64,000 bases of DNA, from the NCBI GenBank assembly GCA_963841435.1, contig CAWJCS010000004.1, positions 832,001 to 896,000 of the forward strand, in the 5' to 3' direction. This stretch comes from an uncultured delta proteobacterium. GTDB taxonomy: Bacteria > Myxococcota_A > Polyangia > Polyangiales > Polyangiaceae. A program made the position numbers and the translations under genes. Of this stretch, positions 35,401 through 47,741 are shown one piece after another. Numbering within the stretch: position 1 is the stretch's first letter; each line of letters begins with the position of its first letter. The notes under the pieces are model-generated. The model was not told where the DNA came from, searched no databases, and worked only from the letters and a program-made list of their open reading frames with translations.

Positions 35401-38220
35401 CTAATGCGCGGAGCCCCAGTCGCGGCCGGTGCCGGTGTCGACGACGAGCGGGACGGAGAGGTCGGCGACCGACTGCATCGTCCGCACCACTACCTCGCGG
35501 GTCGGCTCGACCTCGGCGTCCGCCACCTCGAAGATCAGCTCGTCATGCACCTGCAAGAGCATTTTTGCAGCGAGCCCGGCCGCTTCGAGCGCCGCCGGCA
35601 GCCGGATCATCGCCCGCTTGATGATATCGGCGGCGCCGCCCTGGATCGGCGCGTTGATCGCCGCCCGTTCGGCAAACGCCGCGCGCCGCCGGGTTCTTGT
35701 CGGCGATCCCCTTGCGTATGGCAGCGCCGGCCGAACAGCGTCGTCACGAACCCCTTCGTCCGGGCGTCGCGCTTGGTCCGTTCCATGTAATCGCGGATGC
35801 CGGGGTAGCGGGCGAAGTAGGCGTCGATGTAGGCGCCGGCTTCGCCGCGGCCGATGCCGAGCTGGCGGGCGAGGCCGAAGGCGGAGATGCCGTAGATGAT
35901 GCCGAAGTTGATCGCCTTCGCCTTCCTGCGGACGAACGGGTCCATGCCCTCGATCGGCACGCCGAACACCTGGCTCGCCGTCATCGCGTGGATGTCGTGG
36001 CCGTCGCGGAAGGCGTCCTTGAGCTGGCCGATGTCGGCGACGTGGGCGAGCAGCCGCAGCTCGATCTGCGAATAGTCGGCACTCAGCAGGACGTGCCCGG
36101 CGGGGCGACGAAGGCACTGCGGATCTTCCGTCCCTCCTCGGTGCGGACGGGGATGTTCTGCAGGTTCGGATCGGACGACGACAGCCGGCCGGTCGACGCC
36201 ACGGCCTGCTGATAGGAGGTGTGGACGCGGCCCGTTTGCGGGTCGATCTGGCCGATCAGCGCATCGGCGTAGGTGCGTCTTCAGCTTGGCGAGCTGCCGC
36301 CAGTCGAGCACCTTGGCCGGCAGCGGCTGGCCTTCGAGCGCCAGCAGTTCGAGGATATCGGCGCCGGTGGCATAGGCGCCCGTCTTGCCCTTCCGGCCGA
36401 CGCCGAGGCCCATCTCGTCGAACAGCACCTCGCCCAGCTGCTTCGGCGAGCCGATGTTGAAAGGACGGCCGGCAAGGCCGTAGATCTCGCGTTCCAGATC
36501 GCCGAGGCGCGCGGCGAAGTCCTCGCTCAGGCGGTGCAGCGCGTCCCGATCGACGAGGATGCCGTGCGCGCTCCATCGCCGCCAGCACCGGCACCAGCGG
36601 CCGCTCCAGCGTCTCGTAGACGGTGACCAGCCGCTCCGCCAGCAGCCGCGGCTTGAGGGCGGCGTGCAGTGCGAGCGTCACCTCGGCGTCCTCGGCGGCA
36701 TAGGCGAGGGCCCGGTCGGGCGGCACCCGGTCGAAGCGGAGCTGCGCCTTGCCGGTGCCGGCGACTTCCGCGTAGCTGATCGTCGTCCGGCCGAGATGCA
36801 GGGATGCCAGCTCGTCTATGCCGTGGCCGTGCAGGCCGCCTTCGAGCACGTAGGACAGCAGCATGGTGTCGTCGAACGGCGCGAGCGCGATGCCGTGGCC
36901 GGCGAAGACATGGGCGTCGAACTTGATGTCGTGGCCGATCTTGAGGACCGAGTGCGTCTTCCAGCAGCGGCTTCAGCAGCTGCAGCGCCCGATCCGGCGT
37001 CGAGCTGCGGCAGGACGCGAGCGCCGCCGGCATCGGTGTGGGCGAGCGGGATGTAGCACGCCTCGCCGGCAGCAATCGCCAGCGACACGCCGACGAGCGG
37101 CCGCCGTAAGCGGGTCGCGCGCCGTCGTCTCGGTCTCGACGGCGACGCATCCTGCCTCGTGCGCGCGGGCGATCAAGAGGGCGAGTTGGGCCTCCTCGGT
37201 GACGAGCGCGTAGGCGGCCGGAGCGGCGGGCGCCGGCGTCGGCGATGTCGAGGGCGAGCTGGGCCTGCGCCGCCTTCGCCGGCGTGCGACGGCGCCGGGA
37301 TCGCCGCAGGTCGAGGCGGGCGATCAGCGAGCGGAACGCCTGCGCCTGCAAGAACGCCTTCAGCGCCGCGCGGTCCGGCTCGCGCTTGGCCAGCGCCGAA
37401 AGCGGCTCCGGCACCGCCACGTCGTCGGCGAGCGTCACCAGCCGCTTCGACAGCCGCGCGTTCTCGGCGTGCGCGATCAGCGCCTCGCGCCGCTTCGGCT
37501 GAGCGATCGAGCCGGCGCCGGCGAGCAGCGTCTCCAGATCGCCGAACTCGCGGATGAGCTGGGCGGCGGTCTTGACGCCGATGCCGGGGACGCCGGGTAC
37601 GTTGTCGGTCGGATCGCCGGCGAGCGCCTGCACGTCGATGACCTTCTCCGGGCCGACACCGAACTTCTCCTCCACCTCGGCGGCGCCGATCGCCCGGTTG
37701 TTGACCGGGTCCCACATGCCGACGCCGTCGCCGACGAGCTGCATCAGGTCCTTGTCGGACGAGACGATGGTCACCTCGGCGCCGGCCTCGCGGGCGAGGC
37801 GCGCGTATGTCGCGATCAGGTCGTCCGCCTCGAAGCCTTCGGATTCGACGCAGGCGACGTTGAAGGCGCGCACCGCCTCGCGGATCAGCGGGAACTGCGG
37901 CACCAGCGCGTCCGGCGGCTCCGGCACGGTTGGCCTTGTAGGCGGGATAGAGGTCGTCGCGGAAGGTGCGACGGGCGGCATCGAAGACGACGGCGATGTG
38001 ATCGGCGTCGGTCTCCTTGAGGAGCTTGATCAGCATCGTGGTGAAGCCGAAGACGGCGTTGACCGGCGTGCCGTCCGGCCGGGTCATCGGCGGCAGCTTG
38101 TGGAAGGCGCGGAAGATGAAGCCCGAGCCGTCGACCAGATAGACGTGGCGAGGTGCGGGGCGGGAAGGGGCCGCCGACGGCTCGGCCGCCGGCGCGGGCC
38201 GGCGGCGGTGCTTCGGCGTC
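35401..38220 (-). CDS. polA: DNA polymerase I (multiple frameshifts; start approximate)
   Basis: [62 protein letters not shown]. Confidence 0.95.
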
Positions 38221-38222
38221 GA

Positions 38223-38447
38223 TCAGTGGTCGTCCGCGGCGCCGTCGGCGCCGGTGAAAACGAAGTGCCGCGAGCAGTAGGGGCAGACGACGTCGCCCGC
38301 GGCGCCGATCGGCAGATAGACGAGCGGATGCCCGAGCGCGCCGCCGCCGCCGTCGCAGCCGACCTTGCGCGCATCGACGAAGATCGTCTCGTCATACTCG
38401 CTGGCGAGAGCGGGCGTCTCCGGCATCGTCGTCGTCAGGTCCTGCAT
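38223..38447 (-). CDS. zf-CHCC zinc-finger protein
   Basis: CDGGGGALGHPLVYL...CPYCSR. Confidence 0.88.
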   Translation of the reverse strand: MQDLTTTMPETPALASEYDETIFVDARKVGCDGGGGALGHPLVYLPIGAAGDVVCPYCSRHFVFTGADGAADDH

Positions 38448-38499
38448 GGCGGCTCGATCGGTTCGGATAGACGACAAGGCGCGCCCGCCCCGCCGCCCG

Positions 38500-40050
38500 G
38501 ATGATAGCGAATGCCGCGAGAGGGTCAATCGGCGGCGGAGCGGCATTCACGGCCCGAAGCAGCTTCGGTTCGACGCAAGATCTCCCGCATGACCTCCTCA
38601 TCTGGATGGGCGGACCGCCGAACGCCGGACTCGTCGAGCAGGGCATCGCGGCGGCGAGATCGTCCTCCGCCTTGGCATCGAGCGTGTTGAAGAGGCCATG
38701 CGAGCAAGGGGACGGCGGTGGAACAAACGTTCGCGCCTTCGCGCGGTGAGGAGCTGATCGTGATCAGCGCATCGGCGAACAGGTTGCCGCGGCAGCGGTC
38801 AGGCGGAGCGGCATAGGCGGGAGCCCGCTTACGGGGCCGTCGCTGCCAGTGTGCGCAGACCCATCAGTGCTGGAACGGCATCCGGCGTCGTGCCGCGGAC
38901 ACGACCGGCAGCGCGAGATCAGCGCCTCGGCTTCCTTTCGGACCGTCGCCTTGCGGTTCCCGCTCAGCCACGCGAGCACCGCCTCGGCCCGTTTCGCATG
39001 GCCGAACCGGGGGAATCGACCTGTTCCAGGACACCGGCCGCCAATCGGATCATCGCAGGACTTCCTCGCCCAGTCCCGCGAGCACGTGCCTCCCTCAACG
39101 CCGCCAGACATCGGCGTTGGCGACGATCGGCAGCCGCGAGTGCGCATCGCCAGCGAGCTGAATCTCGTTAGGTTTCCCCAGCGCTTTCGAATCCGGCAGC
39201 GAAATGCGTTGCGCGTCATCGGCAACGGTGCGCTAGGTCATCCAGCGACTGCATCCGCTGTCGCTTGCCCGGCTGGTCCAGCGGCCGAGTTACGCCGGCG
39301 TAGCCGCCGATCGTGGCAATGACGACCGGTGTCGTCCACGGCCACGTTGCCGGAACCTGGCAACGGAGATGATCGACAGCCGTCGTTTCCATCGTCAGGG
39401 AGCCACATGGGTCGTAGCGGGTAGCATCCGACCGCCGGGATCATGCCTGCTCCAGTTCGTCCGACACATCGCTGGCCGGCAATTCCGATCGGTTGCCGAT
39501 CGAAGATGTGGCAGTCGGGCCATTCTTCCAGATGGCGAAGGAAGGCATCGAGGATATCGCCTCAAGCGCGGATCGGCGATTTCTCCCGCTGATCGAGAAG
39601 AGTAGCGATTGGCCGTTCGCTGGATCTTCGCCACTGCGTCGACCAGGTCGCGTGCCTGTTCGTACTGCAGGCGTCGGAGCTGCACGCCACGGAGGTCAGC
39701 GTCTGGTTGGCGGCGAGGAAAGTCGATCGGTCTTCGACAACATCTCCGACGAAGTTCCTGCCGGAGACAGGGTCGGTCAGGATCATTCCGAGTGGTCGGC
39801 GACCGAGCCTGTGCAGCTCCGGCCGCTGCTGCCGCCAGCCCAGTCGAATTCCGTTGTGCCCAGCGGCGGACCCATAGCGGCAAGCCGCTGGGCAGAGAAC
39901 CCGATTGTCGAGCAGATCGGCGCAGCAGCCCCAAGGCTCGAGTGAGGCCCGAAGCAAGGTTCCCGGCCGTCGGCCGAGGCCGTTACCCTTCGGAGCCGGT
40001 CCTACCGATCCCCGGTGTCGGAGATGATGACGGGAACTCTTCATGATAAC
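38500..40050. pseudogene. Probable decayed, unidentified gene remnant
   Basis: About 1.5 kb with no coherent ORF; short protein-like pieces on minus strand separated by stops and shifts. Confidence 0.3.
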
Positions 40051-40108
40051 CCCCTTGTGCGCTGTCCGGCCGGCGCTCGATGGCGGTGATGCTCAGGCCA
40101 CGGCCGTG

Positions 40109-40701
40109 CTACCCGGTTGCCTCAGATCCTCGACAGCGGAATGGGTCCGATTGGGATCCCTTCGTAAGCCGCTCTCTTAGCCTTGGATAATTGATTCGAC
40201 CGTGACGCCTATCGTTTGGCCCCCACAGGCGGTAGGGGTGGCGGGCGAGGTTGATGTTGAGGTAGCGGGGATCGTCGGTGACCTCGCGGCCGGCCCAGGG
40301 GGGGAGGTCGACCGGCTGGTCGGCGCGGTCCAGTTCGACCTCGGCGAGCACCAGGCCGGTATTTTCGCCGGCAAAGACATCGACCACCCATTCGAGGCCG
40401 GCGTAGGTGAAGGGTGTGGCGGACCTTCTCGATCAGCGGCCGGCGGCAGAGGTTTGCCAGCAGCTCTTCGGCATCGCTTGCAGGGATCGGGTATTCGTAC
40501 TCCGGCCGGCTGACGCCCTGCTTGCCGCCCTTGATGGTAAGGAAGGCGTCGTCGCCGAAGACGCGGACGCGGACGGCGAGCGTCGCCCCCACCGCCGCCG
40601 TCGCCGTGGCAGAGGTAGCCCTGGCGGATCGGCAGGGCGACGGCGCCCTCCGCCAGCCATCGCCCTTCGACCAGGAATTTGCGTTCGGTCTCGACCGCCA
40701 T
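40109..40701 (-). CDS. CYTH domain protein (frameshifted)
   Basis: MAVETERKFLV (EXEXK); IRQGYL; EYEYPIP; LAEVEL; EVTDDPRYLN. Confidence 0.88.
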
Positions 40702-40733
40702 CGCGTCGCTTCCGCGTTTATGGTCTCGTTGTT

Positions 40734-42642
40734 TCAGTCGTCGGCGCCGCCTCCGATCGTCGCATCCGCCGGATCGTCGCCGGCGGCATCGTCGACGACC
40801 ACGGTCGTTATCGGGCGGCTCGTCATCGTCATGATCACCGGCATCGCCCGCGGCATCCGTCGGATCGAGGCGGCGGATGCTGTCGATCGTCGCCCCCGGG
40901 AATGCCTCGATGATGGCGGCGATCATCGGCGTCGCCAGCACCCGCTCGCGCAGCTCGGCAGCGTCCTGCCGCCTTTGCGCCAGAACCGACGGGCGCCGCC
41001 CTGCGTCGGCGGAGAGCGTCACCAGCCACGGCCGGCCGGTGCGCCCCGAAAGGAAGCGGCTCAGCCGCTGCGGCAGATCGGCCGGCGCATCCCGCTCCAG
41101 CGCCAGCTCCAGATGCCCGATCTCGAAGCGGACGAGGCGAACGCTGCCGATCAGATGGCCGTGCAGCAGCATCTCGCGCTGGGATTCCGCCAGCGCGATC
41201 ACCTGGGCGAAGCTCGTCGGCAGCGGCGTCGGCACGGCGAGGAGGGCGTCGCCGGTCTGCGGCGGCGTCCGCGGGCCATCGGGCTCCGCCGGCACCGCGG
41301 TGGGCCGGCGCCACGGACGACACGGCGCCGGACGGCGGCCGCGGCGCCTGGACGTCGCCGCCGGGGGGTGCGGCCGGCGCAACGCCAGGCGGAATCTCGA
41401 TGCGCCGGTTCCCCCGGTCCGCCCTCGGCCGCTGGCGCCGGACGGCATCCGGGCGAGCGCTTCCGCCGGGGTCGGCAGCGGCGCCGTATAGGCGAGGCGG
41501 ATCAGCACCATGTCCGCGGCCTTGATCGGCATCGGCGCCTGCCGCGTCTCAGCCAGCCCCTTCAAAAGCATTTGCCAGGCGCGGGCGAGCTGCGGGATGG
41601 CGAGACGGCCGGCGAGGGTCTGGCCGCGCACCCGCTCCGCCTCCGGAACGCCGGGAGCGGCGGCGACCTCGGGTGTGATTTTGATCCGCGTCAGCCAGTG
41701 GGTCAGTTCGAGGAGTCTTCCAGCACCGCCGCCGGATCGGCGCCGGCCTCGTACTGCCCCCGCAACAGCGCCACCGCCGCCGCCGCATCGCCGCCCATCA
41801 CCGCCTCGAACAGATCGAAACCGGCGATGCGGTCGGCGAGGCCGAGCATGTCGCGCACCGCCGCCTCGTCGATGTCCGTTGCCGGCATGGGCGATCGCCT
41901 GATCGAGAAGCGACAGGGCATCGCGGACGCTGCCGTCGGCGGCGCGGGCGATGAGCTGCAGCGCCGCGCGTCGACGGCGACGCCCTCGGCCGCGGCGATC
42001 GCGGCCGAGATGGCGAGGCGAGCGTCGCCTGCTCGACACGGCGCAGGTCGAAGCGTTGGCAGCGCGACAGCACGGTGACCGGCACCTTGCGGATCTCGGT
42101 GGTGGCGAAGATGAACTTGACGTGCTCCGGCGGCTCTTCGAGGGTCTTCAGGAGGGCGTTGAAGGCCTGCGTCGACAGCATGTGCACTTCGTCGATGATG
42201 TAGACCTTGAAGCGCGCCGACGCCGGCCGGTAGCGGACGCCGTCGAGCAGCTCGCGCATGGCATCGACGCCGGTGCGGCTGGCGGCGTCCATCTCGATGC
42301 ACGTCCAGGTGGCGGTCCTGGGCGATGGCGACGCACGGCTCGCAGGCACCGCACGGCTGGACGGTAATGCCGCCCTCGCCGTCGGCGCCGATGCAGTTGA
42401 GGGCGCGGGCGATGATCCGGGCGGTCGTCGTCTTGCCGATGCCGCGGACGCCGGCGAGCATGTAGGCGTGGGCGATGCGGCCGGAGCGAAAGGCGTTGCG
42501 TCAGCGTGCGCACCAGGGCGTCCTGGCCGATCAGGGCCTCGAACGTCGACGGCCGGTATTTGCGGGCGAGGACCCGGTAGGGCGATCGCGGCTCCTTGGT
42601 CGGCGGCGGAAGAAGTCGCGCAGGCGTATCGCGTCGGTCCAT
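40734..42642 (-). CDS. dnaX: DNA polymerase III gamma/tau (frameshifted)
   Basis: [49 protein letters not shown]. Confidence 0.95.
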
Positions 42643-42667
42643 GGCAGCGGGCAGGTCAGGCCGAAGG

Positions 42668-42766
42668 GTGGGAGACTGATCGAACGACCCGGACCGAAAC
42701 TCGTTACGGCTGCTTCCTTCCGGACCTGACCGGGTTGGCGAGGAGCCCGTCCGCCGTCAGCCTCCC
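42668..42766 (-). ncRNA. ffs: Signal recognition particle RNA (small bacterial SRP)
   Basis: Conserved core GGTCAGGTCCGGAAGGAAGCAGCC inside a long hairpin GGGAGGCTGA...TCAGTCTCCC; classic position upstream of dnaX. Confidence 0.95.
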
Positions 42767-42884
42767 AATCGCTCAATATCCGCCGCGCGCGCAACCGACG
42801 CAAGGGGGGAGGGGGTGCCAAGGGTGTCGGCCCGCCGCCGTCGCACGTTGCCGAAGGGCCTGCGCTATGGCACGCTCGCCGGCG

Positions 42885-43840
42885 ATGATCGCGCCGCTCG
42901 CCTACGCCGACTGCCCGCTCGACCGCGCCACCCATCTCCGCGCCGATCCGCTGTGGATCGAGGCGCGGCGGCGCGACCCCGGCAGCGTCTTCGTCGTCGT
43001 CTGCCGCGATCGCAATCTTGTCGCGGGCGAGCCGCCGCGGGCGGTGCGGCTCTCGGGGGCGGCTGGCGTCGGCGACAGCGAAGCCTTCGCCTTTCTCGGC
43101 ATATCCCGGTCCGGCGCCTCGGGGAATGGCACCGCCTGGTTCGCGGTCGAACCGGAGGCTTCGGTCGCCGCGCAGAACTGGCGGGTGCCGTCGCGCGGCG
43201 TCTTCATGGAACTGAGGCGGGTGAGCGTCCGGCTGCCGGCCGGCGAGGCGGCGATCCTCGCCTACGCCCGGGCGCTGATGAACTGGCACCGGCGGCACCG
43301 CCACTGCGGCGTCTGCGGCGGGCCGACCATCGTCCGCGAGGGCGGCCACATGCCGGGTCTGCCTCGACGCCGCCTGCGGCACCCTGCATTTTCCGCGCAC
43401 CGATCCGGCGATCATCGTCCTCGTCACCCGCGATGGACCGGACGGGGAGGCGTGCCTGCTCGCCCGCCAGCCCGGCTGGCCGAAGGGGCTGATGTCGACG
43501 CTCGCCGGCTTCGTCGAGCCCGGGGAGACGGTGGAGGGCGCCGTCGTCCGCGAGGTCCGGGAGGAAGCGGGCATCGGCGTCGCCGCGTCCGCTACACCGG
43601 CTCCCAGCCGTGGCCGTTTCCATCGTCGCTGATGCTGGCGTTCCGCGCTTCTGCCGAGCCCGCTGCCGAAATTGCGTTCGATTCGCGCGAGATTGAGGAC
43701 GGCCGCTGGTTCAGCCCGCGCGGAGGTCCTCCGCCTGGCGGACATGGGCCTGAAGCTGCCGACGGCGGATTCGGTCGCAAGGAGGCTGATCGAGGACTGG
43801 CTCGGCCGAAGGCGACGCCGCCGGCGCGATCGGCTGCTGA
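42885..43840 (+). CDS. nudC: NADH pyrophosphatase (frameshifted)
   Basis: [31 protein letters not shown]udix box; [11 protein letters not shown]. Confidence 0.9.
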
Positions 43841-43858
43841 CGCGCATGGAGGCGGGCG

Positions 43859-44416
43859 ATGATGGCGGCAGACCGCGCGCATCCGGCCGGCGCGGCCGGG
43901 CGATGCCGAGGCCATCGCCGAGGTCCATATCGATGCATGGCGCTCCGCCTATCCGGGACTGGTGCCGACGGTCGTCCTGGTTCGCTGTCGAAGCGGGCGC
44001 AGACACGCGAATGGTCGCAGCAGATCGCGCGACAGGGGCTATCCGGCCGGTGTCCTCGTCGCCGATCTTCCCGGCCAGGGGGTCATCGGCTTCGGCAGTT
44101 GCGGCCGGGCGAGGCCACCAGCCTCGCCTGGGTCGCCGAGATCTATACCCTCTACGTCTCGCCCGAACACCAGGAGTGTGGTGTCGGCCGGGCGCTGCTG
44201 TTCGGCCTGTTCCAGGGCCTCGCCGACCGAGGCCTGACCTCCGCCCTGGTCTGGGTCCTGAAGGAGAATCCGGCGCGGTTCTTCTACGAAGCGATGGGCG
44301 GACGGCGGGTCGCCGAACGGGAGGAGCACCTGTGGAACACCCTCGTCCCGCAGGCCGCATATGCGTGGGACGACGTCCGCCTGCTCGAGGCGCGCTCCCG
44401 CACGGACGATATCTAG
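43859..44416 (+). CDS. GNAT N-acetyltransferase (frameshifted)
   Basis: EIYTLYVSPEHQECGVGRALL; VWVLKENPARFFYEAMGG. Confidence 0.85.
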   Translation: MMAADRAHPAGAAGRCRGHRRGPYRCMALRLSGTGADGRPGSLSKRAQTREWSQQIARQGLSGRCPRRRSSRPGGHRLRQLRPGEATSLAWVAEIYTLYVSPEHQECGVGRALLFGLFQGLADRGLTSALVWVLKENPARFFYEAMGGRRVAEREEHLWNTLVPQAAYAWDDVRLLEARSRTDDI

Positions 44417-44439
44417 CAGTTTCCGTTGATCTGAACTCG

Positions 44440-44499
44440 CCCTCACCCTCCCGCGCCGCGGTCCCTCCCTCTCCCGCCGGGAGAGGGCTGGGGTGAGGG
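44440..44499. repeat. REP-like nested palindrome between convergent genes
   Basis: CCCTCACCC...CCCTCTCCC-gcc-GGGAGAGGG...GGGTGAGGG. Confidence 0.75.
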
Positions 44500-44614
44500 G
44501 CGGCGCCGGCAGCGGTGTGCGTCCGTCCAGCCGAACGGAATGTTAGACCGGCGACCTGAGAGCGGCGATACGGCGTGCCTCCGCCGTCATTTGCCGCGGT
44601 CACCGCGCCCGGCG

Positions 44615-45530
44615 TCAATCCCCGTCGTCGTCGAGGCTGCGGCTGTCGAAGCGGTAGGAGTGCTGCGGATAGACGCCGAGGATGCGTACCTCGCGGGTGA
44701 AGAAATCGAGCTCTTCCAAGGCGAGGCGCAAACCCGGCTCGTCCGGGTGGCCTTCCACCTCGGCATAGAATTGCGCCGCGTTGAAGCGGCCGCCGACCAG
44801 ATAGCTCTCCAGCTTGGTCATGTTGACGCCGTTGGTGGCGAAGCCGCCGAGCGCCTTGTACAGCGCCGCCGGAACGTTGCGGACGCGGAAGACGAAACTG
44901 GTCATCACCGGTCCCGACTTCGGATGCGGGACCAGCGGCGCCTTGGCCATGATCAGAAAGCGGGTGGTGTTGTGCTCGGCGTCCTCGATGTTGGCCCTCA
45001 AGGTGATCAGCCCGTTGATGGCGCCGGCGAGTTCGGAGGCGATGACGGCCTGCGTCGGATCGCCGGCGGCGGCGATCTCGGCGGCGGCGCCGGCGGTGTC
45101 GATGCGGACGACCGCCTCGACGGCCGAGTTCGCGGAGAAGGACGCGGCACTGGTTGAGGGCGTGAATGTGGCTGTGGACATGGGTGATGTCGGCGATGCG
45201 GGCGCCCGGCAGCGCCGAGGAGGAAGTGGTTCACCCGCTGGTAGTGCTCGCCGATGATATGCAGGCCCGAACGCCGGCAGCAGGTGATGGATGTCGGCGA
45301 CGCGACCGGCGACCGAATTCTCGATCGGAATCATCGCCAGCGCCGCCCGGCCTTCGTGCACGGCGCCGATGGTGTCTTCGAAGGACCGGCACGGCAAGGT
45401 CGCCAGTTCCGGCCGGGCGGCCCGGCAGGCGAGATCGGAATAGGCGCCGGGGGCTCCCTGGAAGGCGATGGTATGACCGGGGTCGGCGGCACGCGTCCGG
45501 CGCAACGGCGGGTGCCGGCGCCGTCGTCAC
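44615..45530 (-). CDS. pheA: Prephenate dehydratase (frameshifted)
   Basis: IAFQGAPGAYS; IPIENSVAGRV; NTTRF; NVPAALYKALGGFATNGVNMTKLESY. Confidence 0.93.
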
Positions 45531-46290
45531 TGCGGCGGCGGACGCTGATGTTGCGTCGTATCTTGCACCCATTCCGGCGGTCTCAGATCCTCGACGTTAA
45601 GAAGGACGGGGAGATAGTGCCTGCGCGACGTGGCATGGAAGAGCTGACCGCGGGCGACTACCCGTTTCTTGAGGAGCGGACGTAAGCCGGGCTCAAGCTC
45701 CTTGTCCACGATCAACTGCAACTGCCTGACATTTTTTTCCGGCCGGTTGATCAGGTCGCCGGCCTCGATGCTGACGCAGACCGGTTTTGCCAGGGTGATG
45801 ACCCAGACCGCCTCCGGCGGCGGCGGCTTCGCGACCGGACGCGCCCGTAAGAGCACCGGGTCGGGAGCGAGCAGCTCCGGCGGGATCGGCGGGCCGATGA
45901 AGTCGGCGAGCTACCTCCGCGGCGAGGGGGGAGGGGGCGCCGGGGAGGCAGGGGACGAGGGCGCGGCCGCGGGTGGCCCCGTGGCAGCCGCATCGCCCTT
46001 CGCCGGCGCGCCGGCGCCGGCCGGCGGTGTCGCGGCGGCGACGGCACCGGCCGCGCCGGGCGGCGGCACGCCTTCCACCTCAACGTCGTCGGGATCGACG
46101 AACAGGTCCTCGATCGGCTCCGGCCAGAAGCTCTGGCGGCCGAGCGTGCCGATCAGCTCGACGGGCTCGGGGGCATAGGCGAAACAGGAAACGGGGGTCG
46201 GCGGCCTTCCCGAAGGCGGCCACGACCAGGGCTCCGGCGACGACGATCGCCCTAGGCAGGACGGACGAGCGAGCGCCGGAGCACCGGCAC
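45527..46290 (-). CDS. DUF4431-like exported protein with Pro/Ala-rich insert (interrupted)
   Basis: CFAYAPEPVELIGTL; WVITLAKPVCV; VRQLQL; VVARGQLFHA...HYLPVLL. Confidence 0.6.
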
Positions 46291-46293
46291 CGC

Positions 46294-47047
46294 CTAACGC
46301 TCGGCAAGAAGGGCGCGCGCCCGGTCCAGATCGGCTTCGGTGTCGACCCCGAGCGGCACCGTCGTCGACCCGGGCGACGTCGATGCGCATGCCGTTTTCC
46401 AGGGCGCGCAGCTGTTCCAGGCGCTCGCGCCGCTCGAGCGACGCCGCACGGCAGAGCCGACGAAGCGGGCAAGGGCGGCGCGGCGATAGGCATAGAGCCC
46501 GATGTGATGCCAGCGTCGGCCCGTCGCCCCACGGCACCGGATTGCGGCTGAAGTAGAGGGCGCGGCCGATGTCGTTGCCGTCGGCAAAGGCGACGGCGGC
46601 CTTGACGACGTTCGGATCGGCGCGCTCTTCCGCATCGATCGATCGGCGCAACGAGGCGTGGCGATGTCGACGGCCGGCTCGGCGAGCGGTCGCAGCGCCG
46701 CCTGCACCAGACCCGGGATCGAGCGTCGGCAGATCACCTTGCAGATTGACGACGATGTCGTACCGGCCGGCCTCGTCGACGCGCTGCAAGGCTTCGAATA
46801 TGCGGTCGGACCCGGACGGATGGTCCGGCGCGGTCGCGACCGCCCGGCCGCCGGCGGCGGTCACCGCGTCGATGATCTCCTGTTCGGCACAGGCGACGAC
46901 GACGGGGCCGACATCCGCCTCCATCGCCCGTCGCCAGACGTGAACGATCATCGGCAGGCCGGCGATGTCGGCAAGCGGCTTGCCCGGCAACCGCGTCGAC
47001 GCCATCCGCGCCGGCACCAGGACGATCGCGTTTTGAGGCGTGATCAT
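46294..47047 (-). CDS. kdsB: 3-deoxy-manno-octulosonate cytidylyltransferase (frameshifted)
   Basis: VPARMASTRLPGKPLADI; SGSDRI; NLQGD; ALYFSR; LEQLRALENG. Confidence 0.95.
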
Positions 47048-47202
47048 TCCGCAGATCCTTAGCACATGTGGCCCGGCGCCACCAGATGGCGGTCGGCTGG
47101 GCATTGAAGCCGCTGGTGTCTTACGGCTATTGTGCGGCCGCGTCATGGGGCATCGCGGCACCCGCCCGAGCACCGGCAACGGGCCGAAAAAAGGAAACGG
47201 GA

Positions 47203-47741
47203 ATGCACTTCTCTGTCATGGAAAAGCTCGGGGCGTCGGTCCTGATCGTCGCGTGGCTGATTTACGGGGCGAACTTCCTCGGCAACACCCTGGTCAACGT
47301 GCAGCAGCACGCATCGACGATGCCGGTTGCGGAAAAGGCGGGCGCCGGCCAGGCGGCGGCACCGGAAGCCCCGGCGGCGCCGGTCGACATCCTGCCGCTG
47401 ATCGCCGCTGCCGATCCGGCCGCCGGGGAGAAGATCTTCGGCAAGTGCAAGGCATGCCACACGGTGGCAAAGGGCGGCTCCGGCCGGTGTCGGTCCGAAT
47501 CTGTGGAACGTCGTCGGCGGGCCGCACGCGCACATGGAGGGGTTCAACTATTCGTCGGTGATGGCCGGGATGCACGACAAGAAGTGGACGTACGAGGAAT
47601 TGAACGCCTTCCTCACCTCGCCGAAAACCTATGCCCCCGGCACCAAGATGACGTTTGCGGGCTTGAAGAAGCCGGAGGAGAGGGCCGACGTCATCGCCTA
47701 CCTGCGCACCCAGTCCGACAACCCGATCGCCGCTGCCGTGA
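47203..47741 (+). CDS. Membrane-anchored cytochrome c (CycM-like; frameshifted)
   Basis: N-terminal TM; CKACH heme motif; PGTKMTFAG. Confidence 0.9.

Noticed and set aside
40734-42642. Programmed frameshift in dnaX
   Set aside because: No A-AAA-AAG slippery site seen; the shifts are indistinguishable from background indels
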